A DNA stretch of 64,000 nt, from assembly GCA_023213395.1 (NCBI GenBank), contig CM041465.1, positions 130,579,741 to 130,643,740 on the forward strand, read 5' to 3'. The notes beneath the pieces were generated by a model. That model was not told the origin of the DNA. It ran no database searches and worked only from the letters and a program-made list of their open reading frames with translations. The first letter of the stretch is position 1; each line of letters opens with the position of its first letter. Positions 13,335 through 25,100 of the stretch are shown one piece after another. Source of the DNA: Cycas panzhihuaensis. Its lineage: Eukaryota; Plantae; Cycadophyta. A program made the translations under genes and the position numbers.

Positions 13335-15430
13335 ATCAAAGGTGACATCTTTGCTAGTAATTGTCTTGTTAGACCTAATATCCATGCATTTGTAAGCTTT
13401 TGACTTTTCACTATATCCCATAAAAATGCATTTTATGCACTTATCATCTAATTTTTTTCATTTCTCCTTTGGAATATGAACATAGACTATGCTCCCAAAA
13501 ATCCTTAGATGGCTTATGTTAGGTCTCTTACCTGACCAATTTTCTTTTGGTGTTATTCCTTGTGGGGCCTTAGTTAGACACCCATTCAAAAGATAAACAA
13601 CTATGTTTATAGATTCTGGCCAATAGATATTGAACACACTTCTGTGTTTTAGCATGCTTCTAGTCATCTCAGTGATGGTTTTGTTCTTGCGTTCAACTAC
13701 TCTATTTGATTGAAAATATATTGTGGTGAGTTGTCCTTTTATGCCATGAGCTTTGCAATATTTATAGAAATCGTCAAATATGAATTCTCACCTCCATTGT
13801 CAGTGTTTAATATTTTAACTTTCTTTTTGGTTTTTTTTCAACTTGAGCCTCAAAAACTTTAAAAGTTTCAAAGGCTTTAAACTTCTCCTTAATAAAATAG
13901 ACCCAAGTTTTCCTCGAGTACTCATCTATGAAGGTTAAGAAGTACTTGGCCCCTCCAACTGAGAGGTGTTATAGGTGCACATATGTTACTATGAACTAGC
14001 TCCAGTTTGACTTGGGATCTCCAAGTATGCTTCTGAAATTTTGTTCTTTGTCGTTTCCCTAGCATGCATGTGGCCTTCACACAGCTTTATTAATTGGAAT
14101 TTTAGGAAGACCATTCACCATTTTTAACTTTGAAAGCATGGCAAGATTTTCATATGACAAATACCTATACCTTAAACACCAAATTTTATTATTGCCATCT
14201 TTATCACTTATACAAAAAGCATGATCAGGAATAGTTGGTGTGGCTAAGAATTTGTAAAGGCCATTTACTTCAACCCTTTCACCTATGACCTTGTAATCCT
14301 GATTTTTATCCAAAATAAGACATTTTCCACCTTCAAACTCAACATTGAGATTTTTCTTAGTCATTTGGGATATAGACAATAGATTATTTTTAAGTCCTAG
14401 AACATATAAGACATGTCCTACTTTCTTAACATTTCCATCATTCATTTTTATAGGAATAGTTCTTGTGCCTTGGATAGAGTGAGTAGTGTTATCTCCATGT
14501 TCCACTACAACATTTGTTTCATATATTTTAAGACTCTTGAACCAATCCCGTTCCAGCGTCATATGATGAGATGTTCCAAAATCAATGAACTAGTTGTCCT
14601 TAGAGGTGGCTTGTGATGACAAGGCTATGACGAAGGTTGTCTCTTTAAGTTCATCCTTCTCTTTTTCGTTGTTGTAGTTTTCAACAACTCTCTTTCCCCT
14701 TACTATGTTTGCCCTCCTCATCCTGCAGTCTCTGGCATAGTGTTCAAGTTTGCTACAATAGAAACAGGTGATTCTTTGAGTCATGTTTTTGCTTTTGCCT
14801 TGAACCTAGTTTGGAGTGTTTTTCCCTTCCCATAGGTTAGCATTCTCTGAAATTCTAACTTTGGAAACAAACACATTTTCTATTTTAATTTCCTCCTTGA
14901 GCCTCTTCTTTTTTTGTTCTTGATGCAAAATGTGACTACATAGAACTTCAAATTTTAAACTTTTAAGATCACCAAAAAAGGTTAGTGTAGTCACAAAATG
15001 TTCATACGATTTAGGCAGCTTATTTAGAGTTAGTTATGCCAACTCTTCTTCGGAAAGTGCTTCTCCAATTGCAGCAAGTTGCTCTCTTAGCCTTGTAATC
15101 TTCATGATGAATGTGGATACACTTTCACTTTCCTTCATTTTTTCATGGTACAACACCTCATTTAATGCAACAATCCTAGCAACATTTTTTTGGGTATATA
15201 GGAATGTCAGAGGTTCCCATGCTTTATGAGCTATATTGGCAAAGATGACAAGTGGAAGAATACGATAAAAAACGAAGAGAATTATGGCTTCCAAAGCATA
15301 GATGTCTTTCTCCTCATAGATTTCTACCTTGGTAGTGTTAGTGGGCTTCACAACCACTTTCTCAATCTGTTCTCAAGCTCCCTTTGCAAATAGAATGCCT
15401 TTCATTTTTCCTTTCCATGCATTATGTAAT
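13335..15430 (-). pseudogene. gag-PR-INT remnant of copia element C
   Basis: ORFs 15034-15357 (gag), 14590-14784 (CFYCSKLEHYARDC knuckle), 14077-14562, 13458-13667 (HLRIFGS). Confidence 0.85.
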
Positions 15431-16869
15431 TATCATTTTTCCTTATTTTGTTTAGGCAAGGAATATATGGATGCCATGGATAAAAGAAAGAAAATAAGTA
15501 TAAGAGATAGATCTAAGAGCGTCTACATGGATCATACAGACTATATTGATTTGTATCATATGGACTAAGAAAATGCAAAAAATGCCAAAAGCATTTCTCA
15601 TTCTAGCACCTTCCTAAATTTGCAATTATTTTTCAGGACTGTGTTGTAGTTGAAAAGAAATCTTCTTTAGAATGTATAGTAGTGGTTAGGTTTTTTACCT
15701 TATTCAGTTCATTTTTCCCTGTGTGGGCCACAGATTCAAATGAGGCTTGTTTCTAATGTTTGTTGGTCACCAGTCAAAGAGATTAAGGTAGAAATTCCCT
15801 CTAAAAGTGGTCCAAGTTTTCTTAAACACAAAAAGAAAAAAAACTATGGCCAAACTCCTTATTTTGATGAAACAGGACCAAAAATAGGTTTAAAATTTTT
15901 TGAAAAAATATTTTTCGAAAAGAGCAAATCTTGGCGATTCAAAAAATGTTAAAAAAAAAAAAGAAAAATTAGTTCAAGAAAACTATACTAGTTCATACAA
16001 GTACTAATTTGTACAAAGTTGTGCTTTCCAGGGCAGAAGTCTCTAACAATGGTCTCTTCTATGAAAAACAAAGTCTCTTCAATTTCCTTGTTGAGTCTTG
16101 AAGACTCTAAATAGTCCCTTCAAGAGAAAACCCTTGCATCTATTAGAAATAATGTATTTATTTGTAGGTCCGCCTATAGTAAATTCAAGTTAAGTATGAG
16201 CATCCTAATTTATATGGAAGTCGACCAAAATACACGTAAGTCAGCTAGAATAAATTATGGTATGGTGTAAATGTTTATTGTATCATTGAAGTTGGTTTTA
16301 GTATAAAGATATTTTCTCTTCATGAGGTCAGCCACATTGTGAGGGTCTTGACCGTACTATATAAAGACACTTCGTACTTCATTTTAGGTGTTCAATTCAT
16401 GGAGAATCCTCTCCATATTTTCGGCTCTTTACTTCTGCTATTTTTCATTGTTTGCATGTGTTTCATAGATGCATAAGGTGTGACTTCGTAACATGGTATC
16501 AGAGCAGGCATTTTGGAGATCTTAATTTCATCCTTTCTATCCATATTAGTGGCCGAGTCTACCAAAAGATTAGAAGAGTCCAGATCTGTCCTGAAATCAA
16601 CCAAGTCTGACAGTTCTAGTGGTTGCCCTGAGAAGATCATCACAGAATCCAGATTTCAGTCAAGTTTAGTTCTAATCTCAGTTGAGGTTTCCTGGTATGC
16701 TTTTTTCATAGTATCTAATGTAAAAAGACAGTATTTCAGTCTATTGTCTACTATTAATCTCTGCTAAAATTTGCTACCATCTACTTGTTATTCCTTTTGG
16801 CCAATTATGATCTATTATTTTTTAAGTTTATACTGTTGTTTTTATGTCTTATATTTGTTGGTATTACGG

Positions 16870-17133
16870 CTGGTCATATGCTGAAATCTGTTGGTCATAA
16901 GTTGAATTCTACTAGTTATACTATTGGTTATACATCCTACTAAAACCATACTATTGTTTTTACACTGTTACTGCTGGTCATATGCTGAAATTTGTTGGTC
17001 ATAACCTGAATTCTACTAGTTATACTGCTGGTTATATATACTATTGAAACCATAGTGTTGTTTTTACAATGTTACTACTGATCATATGGTGAGTTATGTT
17101 GATCATAAGTTGAATTCTACTAATTATACTGCT
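16870..17133. repeat. 104-bp tandem repeat, ~2.5 copies, in the 5' leader of element E
   Basis: Units start at 16870, 16974 and 17078 (CTGGTCATATGCTGAAAT..). Confidence 0.9.
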
Positions 17134-17162
17134 AAAAACATATATCTATTGTTGGTACTGGT

Positions 17163-17209
17163 TATATATATATAGATATATAGATAGATAGATAGATAGA
17201 TAGATAGAT
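17163..17209. repeat. (TA)n/(TAGA)n microsatellite
   Basis: Directly visible. Confidence 0.9.
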
Positions 17210-17365
17210 TATTGGTTGATTATATATATTGTTGTTTGTTAAGTTGGTGTTTTATCCTCAGTAATTTGTGATACTCAAACAAAGGAGCCTTAGTTAGTAT
17301 TTTGTACCCAAAAGTATGGTCGCTTCAAGGTTCCTTGAATCAGATAGATTAACTAAGAATAATTA

Positions 17366-18214
17366 TGTTGACTGGGAGATTCCACACCCTTGTGGAATCA
17401 ATGCACTTGTCAAGGTTACACAGCGCTATAGTTTAGTTTCAGGATACTGTCAACATGGTCATTCACATACATTCCCCATACATTCCATATATAATTCACA
17501 GAATGGTACACAAAGATGCAATCAATACATACTCAGCAAATCATCATCACAACATCAAGAATACACCAATTTCCACGTAACTCTTCCTTTTATTAAGTCA
17601 ACAGTTCATTTACACAGAGGCTGGAATGCATTCCTGAGCATTCCAAAGAAAGATCTTCTGTTACAATGCGTACCCAAAATGGTACTTATCATACAGTGAT
17701 GCTCCAAATGGCTGTCATGCGTACTGTCTTCTGCACCCTTGCGTACCCGTGATATCCGGCTCTCACCCTCGAGAGTATACAATACGATTGACTCACTCGG
17801 CTCTCACACTAGAATGGTCCTCAAAGCACCATTAAATATGTCCCTTTGATGCCTTTTGGATGAAAGGTTATGACCCAAAGTCATAACCATACCTTTTTGT
17901 CACCAAGGTACCCTTTCACTTTAAACATTAGTTATACACTTTAACTAATGTCTTCATTAGGTCCGTGCGTGCACGCGTGCGTCAGCGCTTCCCAAGCTTC
18001 CACCGTCCGTCTTGTCATGCGTACGCCTGCTCGTTACGCTCTTGATGCGTATCGTAGTGCGTGCCGTTCACGCACGCTTTGTCATACGTGCACGCCTTTT
18101 TTTTTCCTTTGTTGCCATGCGTACCTCCGTATGGTCCGTACTTGCATTCCTTTGGTCAATACAATCCTGTATTCCGTCTTCTTCGAGGCCTATGTTTCAC
18201 AATATGCCCCAACA
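17366..18214 (-). repeat. 3' LTR of element F
   Basis: Aligns to 21270-22106. Confidence 0.95.
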
Positions 18215-18616
18215 TCTATCCCGGGTCAACATGATTGGGTTGAGCATCCTTGCTCAACAAAAAATTTAAAATTTGGGGTATTCCTTCCCCTCTCTATTCT
18301 AAGGCTACTCCTGCTGCCTCTGCTCCACTGCTTGGTCGCCATTCTTGGTTAATAAATCCTCATCTATTGGCGCTTTGTTTTGTTCAACTTTCCCTTGATT
18401 TTCCGTATGATGATATATCTTTTCCTCCATGCTTTACCATATTGCTTATTTGTATGATATGAGTTACGGTTGTTTTTTTGTTTTTTAACTTTTTTGTATT
18501 TTATGTTACATACCGAACTGAATCACGTTCCGGTATCAAGGCAATTCGATTTTGCCTCAACTTCATGCAACACGCTATAGTACAACCAACTGATTCGGCT
18601 GGTAAGTTGCTCCACC

Positions 18617-18976
18617 CTAGTTGATATAGGGTTTTAGTTTACTACTCTTGACCATTTCAAGCAGTAGCTGGCCTGATAGTTTTTCCAACTGGATAGTGCC
18701 ATTCTGGTACACTTTCTCAATCCTATATGGGCCTTTCCAATGCATCTTCAATTCTCCTTGGGTTGTTTGGGATTTGTTGTCGAATCGCCACACTCGATCA
18801 CCCTTCTTGAAATACGATGTCTTGTCGTGGCGGTCGTGCCTTGTCTTTTTCCGCCTTTTTCTTGGTGTGGTATGCTTTGTCGATTTCTTCTTATGATCCC
18901 TTAATTGATCTTCTCCTAACCAATGTTGTCTCAAATGGGAAATTCCATATAGTGGTTCTCCATAAAAGGGTTTCAC
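18617..18976 (-). CDS. Gypsy integrase C-terminal GPY/F (SH3-like) domain without catalytic core
   Basis: FKKGDRVW..LKMHWKGPYRIEKV..NGTIQL..KLKPY. Confidence 0.75.
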   Translation of the reverse strand: MKPFYGEPLYGISHLRQHWLGEDQLRDHKKKSTKHTTPRKRRKKTRHDRHDKTSYFKKGDRVWRFDNKSQTTQGELKMHWKGPYRIEKVYQNGTIQLEKLSGQLLLEMVKSSKLKPYIN

Positions 18977-19081
18977 ATAATTTCCAACGTATTCTCCATG
19001 ATTTCTATCTTCTGGAGTGGCAACTTTGTTTCCTAGACCGGAATCTCTAGGGATACTCTCGTGAGTTCCTTTCCTTCTTCC

Positions 19082-20129
19082 TCAAATTTGGCGCCGATGG
19101 TTGAAAAGATCTTCCACTGGTAGGTGTACCTCTAAAGAAGATGAGGAAGGTTTGTTACTTCCTTCCTGGGCCGGGATGGGGTGGGAAGGGCAGTCTACCT
19201 CAAGACTCACACTGGAGGTAGAGGGAAGGTTAGGGTTAGAGGGGGTTGGGGTATTAGGAGGTGAATTAGGGTAAGGGTTTGGGTTATAAGGGGGATTTGG
19301 GTTTGGGTCTAGGTTTTTTATGTTATTATTAACACTCGTATAATCAACAGATTTAGTTTTAATATCAACATCCTCGGTTATATTCCGAGAAAGTAGGTTA
19401 CACCTATAGGATGAGGGGTTCACTTTATATGCATCTCGTAGCCAATAATCCACAAATCGCATCCGGTTTTCATCATCTGAAGAATTGTAGATTTCTCCAA
19501 AGTACGTTGGTTCTGCTTCTCGGCGGTCGATCAATTTGGTAGGTTCTTCAGCCATATGGTAGAGATTTTCTTCGCCGAACGAAGAAGTTGTTGCTTCAAT
19601 TGCAATGGTTGTACTTGAACCATTGTCAGGTATCACTTCAATGGAATTTTTCCCCAACATCGGTAATACCACTTTATTCCCTTCATCTGACAAGGTGAAG
19701 GTTACGTCTTTCCAACTTTGGAGACATTGGGTTCTATATAGCCATGGTCTCCCCAGTAAGGCCGGATAGGGAGTTGCACCTTTGTCCGTTTCCACAATCG
19801 TAAAATCGATCTTTATGACAATTCCTGCCACATCCACCTTGATGTTGGCCAGTTTTCCCACAGGTCGCACCAATAATTCGTTGGCCAATTTCAACGAATA
19901 GGTCTCCACTTCCAACTTCGGGCTTCCCAGTTTACGCCACGTCGAAGCTGGTAACACGCTTCGCGCGCCCATCAACGATTACCCATGGGAATGTTTCTCC
20001 CAAGACTGTCATGGTTACCATCGGATCCATATCGAACGATGGTATGATTTGCTTTAAACTCTTGGTGATTCCCCTCTGTAACACTCCTCCTTTGATCCAA
20101 TCAATAACTTGGGACAGAGGAATAGTCAA
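19082..20129 (-). CDS. Retroviral-type aspartic protease plus Pro-rich linker (frameshift near 19970)
   Basis: VIVDG active-site-like motif, LKLAN..PVG, DFTIV, ALLGRPWL; followed by PNPNPPYNPNPYP tract. Confidence 0.75.
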
Positions 20130-20272
20130 TCAGAATCGCTTTCACTAGATTTTCCATCAATAGCAACATTCTGGGGATATCCTCTGCTGGTAATCCTTTA
20201 AAAAGCTCTTCCATTTGCACCATTTGGGGCTTTGTCTTAAGTTCTTTCGATAGTTTTTCTTGCTCCTTTTGT

Positions 20273-21130
20273 TTATTCTTTCGTGCATATATGTATTTCG
20301 TTTTCGGTCATTGGTAGTATATTCTCCTCTCGGACTAAACCATCTAACACTTGTTTTGCTTGTTTGTACCGATCCATTTCTGTTGGTGGATTTGGATATC
20401 CTTCATCCAATTTCTCTTTCTGCTTGTTTTGTAATTTCACATTCTTGGTTTCTGGCACGATTGTCATCAGGTTAGTTGCTTTGGCTTTACCCTTACAATC
20501 CTCTGTTTTGTGGTCGCTTGGGCCATCGATTGACACTGACGGCTTCTGTTCGTATTCTTGCTTCATTGGGCATTCGGACTTCCAAAGGTCCGAATCAGAG
20601 ATGATGAGGCATCTTTCCATCGGCTGTTTTTTCCTCGAGGGTTCTGGTGCGCCCCTCGTTGTATACACATTCCGAGGTGGGTTGCCTCTTCCCCGACCTC
20701 GACCTCTAAATGCTTTTCCCCTGGGATTGTAGAAACAATCCTTGGTTGTATGTGTGTCAACCTCACATATGTGGCACCACTTCTCCTGCTGGTGCGTCGC
20801 ACTGTTTTTTAAATTCAAATCACATTCCCAGGTGGTATGTGAGTTTTCTTCACAGATGTGGCACCACTTGGTTACTCTTCCAGTGTGCTCTTTCTTCTTG
20901 GGCGTCTCTTCTTCTTCCCGGTTATTTCTGATTTTCAATCTTGCTACACTTGCCTCAGATCCTTCAACGGACTGTCCCTTAGTCTCGTTGTTTTGTGAAC
21001 TTAACCTCCTCGCCCTTTTGAGTTTTGCTTCTTTTGACCATCTTAGTGCCCTTTGTCTGCTGGTTTCCTTTTCCTTGGGTGAAGTATCCTTCTGGGGCTC
21101 TTCCAACCTTGAAGGCCTCTTAGGTGGCAT
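20273..21130 (-). CDS. Gag/nucleocapsid-like protein with two CX2CX4HX4C zinc knuckles
   Basis: KWCHICEENSHTTWEC and KWCHICEVDTHTTKDC, RG-rich tract; ATG ~125 bp after the PBS. Confidence 0.75.
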   Translation of the reverse strand: MPPKRPSRLEEPQKDTSPKEKETSRQRALRWSKEAKLKRARRLSSQNNETKGQSVEGSEASVARLKIRNNREEEETPKKKEHTGRVTKWCHICEENSHTTWECDLNLKNSATHQQEKWCHICEVDTHTTKDCFYNPRGKAFRGRGRGRGNPPRNVYTTRGAPEPSRKKQPMERCLIISDSDLWKSECPMKQEYEQKPSVSIDGPSDHKTEDCKGKAKATNLMTIVPETKNVKLQNKQKEKLDEGYPNPPTEMDRYKQAKQVLDGLVREENILPMTENEIHICTKE

Positions 21131-21256
21131 TGGAAGGTCCCCTGGCTGCCGGTGGCTTAGTTCTGACCCGCCATCACGATCAGCCTGTGGTCCTCTCGCC
21201 TTTACACATTTTTTTCCTTGAAACCCCTAGGCCTCGTCCCTCCTCAACGGACGTGA

Positions 21257-21268
21257 GCAACGGAACCA
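21257..21268 (-). promoter_or_regulatory. PBS complementary to the tRNA-Glu 3' end
   Basis: + strand GCAACGGAACCA equals the recalled 3' end of plant tRNA-Glu (..CCCGGCAACGGAA-CCA); 1 nt from the LTR. Confidence 0.85.
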
Positions 21269-21269
21269 A

Positions 21270-22106
21270 TGTTGATCGAGATTCCACACCCTTGTGGAAT
21301 CAATGCACTTGTCAAGGTTACACAGTGGCTATAGTCTAGTTTCGTGGATCATCAACATGGTCATTCACATACATTCCCCATACATTCCATATATAATTCA
21401 CAGAATGGTACACAGCAGTACAGAAATCAATATATACTCAGCAAATCATCATCATAGCATCAAGAATACACCAATTTCCACGTAACTCTTCCTTTATTAA
21501 GTCAACAGTTCATTTACGGTAATGGAATGCATTCCCGAGCATTCCGAAGATACGATCTTCTGTTACAATGCGTGCCGGATGGTACTTATCATACGGTGAT
21601 GCTCCAAATGGTCATCATGCGTCGCCTTACGCACCCTTGCGTACCCGTGATATCCGGCTCTCACCCTCGAGAGTATACAATATGATTGATTCACTCGGCT
21701 CTCACACTGGAATGGTCCTCAAAGCACCATTAAATATGTCCCTTTGATGCCTTTTGGATGAAAGGTTATGACCCAAAGTCATAACCATACCTTTTTGTCA
21801 CCAAGGTACCCTTTCACTTTAATCATTAGTTATACACTTTAACTAACGTCTTCATTAGGTCCGTACGTCTCGGCGACTTCCCAAGCTTCCACCGTCCTGC
21901 ATCGTCATGCATCGCCCATTTTGCTCGGTACGCATCGTGGTAGTGCACTGCTCTAGGTATGCACCTCATACGCACTGCCGAATGTTGGTTTTTCCACTAT
22001 TTCGCCTCGTGCGTACCTCCATATGGTCCGTACTTACATTCCTTTGGTCAATACAATCCTGTATTCCGTCTTCTTCGAGGCCTATGTTTCACAATATGTT
22101 CCAACA
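21270..22106 (-). repeat. 5' LTR of element F
   Basis: Aligns to 17366-18214; adjacent PBS. Confidence 0.95.
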
Positions 22107-25100
22107 AATTATAATACTTGGAAAGCCAAAATTTAAGGGATTACTAGCCTAAAGAAAATCTGGAAACTCATTACTGGCAATGAAGCAAAGCCAGCTGATC
22201 TTGCCTAATTAGTAGATTAGGAAAATAGAGATAATGATGTTATAGGGCTTTTTAAACTCACTATTTCAAATCCTCTTTTGCCACATATAGCTGACTTAGA
22301 TTCTGCTCCTACAATCTGGACTATTCTTACATCATTATTCTATCAATAGAATGAAGCTAAAACAATTACCGTCAGAGATCAACTTTAGAATATTCGCTAA
22401 GGGAAAATCACCCTATTTTTTAGTATATAGTAAAAATAAATGCTATCAAGAATGATCTCACCTCAGTTGGAGAAACTATTACAGATAGAGAATTGGTTAG
22501 GCATGTGGTGAATAAATTACCTAAATCTTTTGAGACCATGGTAAGCATGCTCACAGGAAATGGTAGAACAACAACCATGTCTTTTGCAAACCTGATAGGT
22601 CAAATGCTTCTTCAAAAACAAAGAAATAAGAGGTATGAAGAAGAAGTAGAGGAAGAAACTTATGTTTCTAGACTTAATAGAGGTCAAGGACAATTTTTCT
22701 CAAGAGGACAAGGAAGATCTTCAAGATCCAAAGGCAGATGGCAACAAGGAAGAGGTAGAGGAAGATCAACACCACCTAGAAAATCTAGAGTGTGTTTTAA
22801 TTGTGGGAAACCTGGACATTTTGCAAGTGAATGTCATGTTTTTTATGTTTATTATCATTGTGGTCAATCGGGTCACTATCCATATTAGTGTCATCAAAGA
22901 CAAGCATAAATTTAGAAAAGGGAAAAGCATAGTAGGAAACGACAACAAGGAATAGGATTCAACTCAAGAAGAAGAAGAGGCAGCTTTCATTATAGCCCTA
23001 GCTTCAAGTCTCAAAAATGAGAATGACCGGTATATTGACTCAGGTGCAACAAATCATATGACAGGACAGAAAAATTGGTTTGAGTCCTTGAAACCTTATT
23101 CGTTGAATAAATCTGTTTAATTAGGAAACAAACTTCCTCTTCACATTCAAGGAATTGGTACAATTGCTATAGAAATTAATGGTCAAATCATGAAGATAAG
23201 AAATGTCTCGTATGTCCCTGGAATGAAGATGAAGCTATTATTAGTGGCCCAGCTAAGACAAAAGAAGCTAAGAAGTATTTTTGATGAAAATGGGCATTAT
23301 TTCATTTTAGATATGAAAAAAGGAGGAATAGTTATTGTTGAAGGGGTAGAAACTAATAATCTATACAAGTTATTTTCTACTCCTATTATATCGGAAATTG
23401 ATGCAATGTTTGAAAGTGATGTAATTTCTTCTGCTATTTCCAGCATTGTTGATAATGAAATTTGGTATTTGAAGTATGGGCACATCTCAAATAATAGATT
23501 AGAATCACTGAAATTTTCTAATATATTTGATGGCTTACCATATGTTCAATTCAATCATTTTGTCTACAAAAGTTATATGTTAGGAAAACGACACGGAGCT
23601 CCATTTCAAGCTAGTTCATGGCGTGTGAAAAAGAAATTAGAATTAATTCATACAGATCTTTATGGTCCATTCACTCCAAATTCTCTCAGTAATGCACGAT
23701 ATTTTCTCACTTTCATTGATGATTTCTCAAGAAAGACTTGGGTTTATTTTCTCTTCAATAAGTCTGAACATTTTATTGTTTTAAAGAATTTAAAGTTGAA
23801 GTTGAATTAGAAAGTAACTGCAAAATCAAATGTGTTTGTTCTAATGTGGGAGAAGAATACATATCTAAAGAGTTTGATCATTTTTGCAAAGTAAATGGAA
23901 TCAAAAGATGGGTTACAACACCATATACTCCTCAATCAAATGGTATTATTGAATGAATGAACAGGACTATTATGGAAATGGCTCAATGTTTAATGCAAGA
24001 TAGAGAAGTTCCAAAGAAATACTAGGTTGAAGCTATCAATACTTTAGTATATCTTATAAACAGGCGCCCCACTTAAACATTATCCAAGATGACGCTAGAA
24101 GAAGCCTAGACAGGTGAAAAGCCGGTTGTGAGTAATCTCAAAGTGTTTGGTTGCAAGGCATATATTTATATTCCTAACAAAAAAAGGTCCAAACTTGACT
24201 GTAAAAGCATAGAATGCATAACGATTGGCTGTAGTAATAGGTCAAAAGCCTATCGATGTCTAGATTCCAAAACAAATAAGATCTATGTTAGCAAAGATGT
24301 TTTTGATGAACAAAGGGTTAAATAAGAATCCCATCTAGAATATGAAGAATCAAAGTCTACACTTCTCACTATTACTGTCAACATCTTTGAAGTTATGTTT
24401 AAAAGCAATTCACCAAATCAATTGAGTCCAAGAAATCAACCAAGTTTTTCTTTAAGTCAAGAATCTTCAATAGCAAGTACTAGTCAACCAAACTCTCCCC
24501 ATAGTCAAGGATCTTCAGATTAAGAATCTTAAGAAGAAGAAGAGATGGTAAGAACTAAACCTCCAAAGAAATTACCAAGATGGTATCTCAAAACTGTGGA
24601 AGAATCAAGAGGGGATATATTTGAACAGAGAACTAGGTCTCAACATCAAGCCTTATTATGTTTAGTTGAACCTCAGATATTTGAAGAAGCTAGTCAATAC
24701 TCTAAATGGAAAACTACAATGGATGTTGAAATCACTGCAATTAAAAAAAACAAAACTTGGGATTTAGTTGACCCCCCATTGGATAAACCAATTGTAGACT
24801 ACAAATGGGTATACAAAATAAAAGAGAAACCTAATGAAGAAATTGAAAAGTACAAAGCTCGACTAGTTGCCAAGGGGTATACGTAGACCACTGGAATAGA
24901 TTATGATGAAACCTTCTCACCAGTTGCCAAATTAAATACTGTGAGATCAGTGATAGCCTAAGCAGCTCAACAAGGATGAAAATTTTATCAACTTGATGTA
25001 AAGAGTGCCTTTTTGAATAGTGAGCTAAAAGAAGAAGTGTACATAAAACAACCAACTGGATATTTAAAACCAGGAGAAGAACATATTGTATGCAGGTTGA

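Larger units (their letters stand above)
17366..22106 (-). mobile_element. Non-autonomous Ty3/gypsy (non-chromovirus-like) element F with tRNA-Glu PBS
   Basis: LTRs 17366-18214 and 21270-22106 (TGTTG..CAACA); perfect TSD AATTA; removing it rejoins host gag (TKNNY|NTWKAK); PBS TGGTTCCGTTGC. Confidence 0.95.

Noticed and set aside
16870-17133. CRISPR-like array
   Set aside because: Whole units repeat with no unique spacers; eukaryotic TE context.
17740-17810. tRNA-Glu gene or SINE in the LTR of F
   Set aside because: The fragments are dispersed over ~400 bp with no T-arm or cloverleaf; treated as complementary boxes instead.
20260-21339. Several overlapping + strand ORFs (up to 159 aa)
   Set aside because: Antisense shadows of the minus-strand Gag-like ORF; no motifs.
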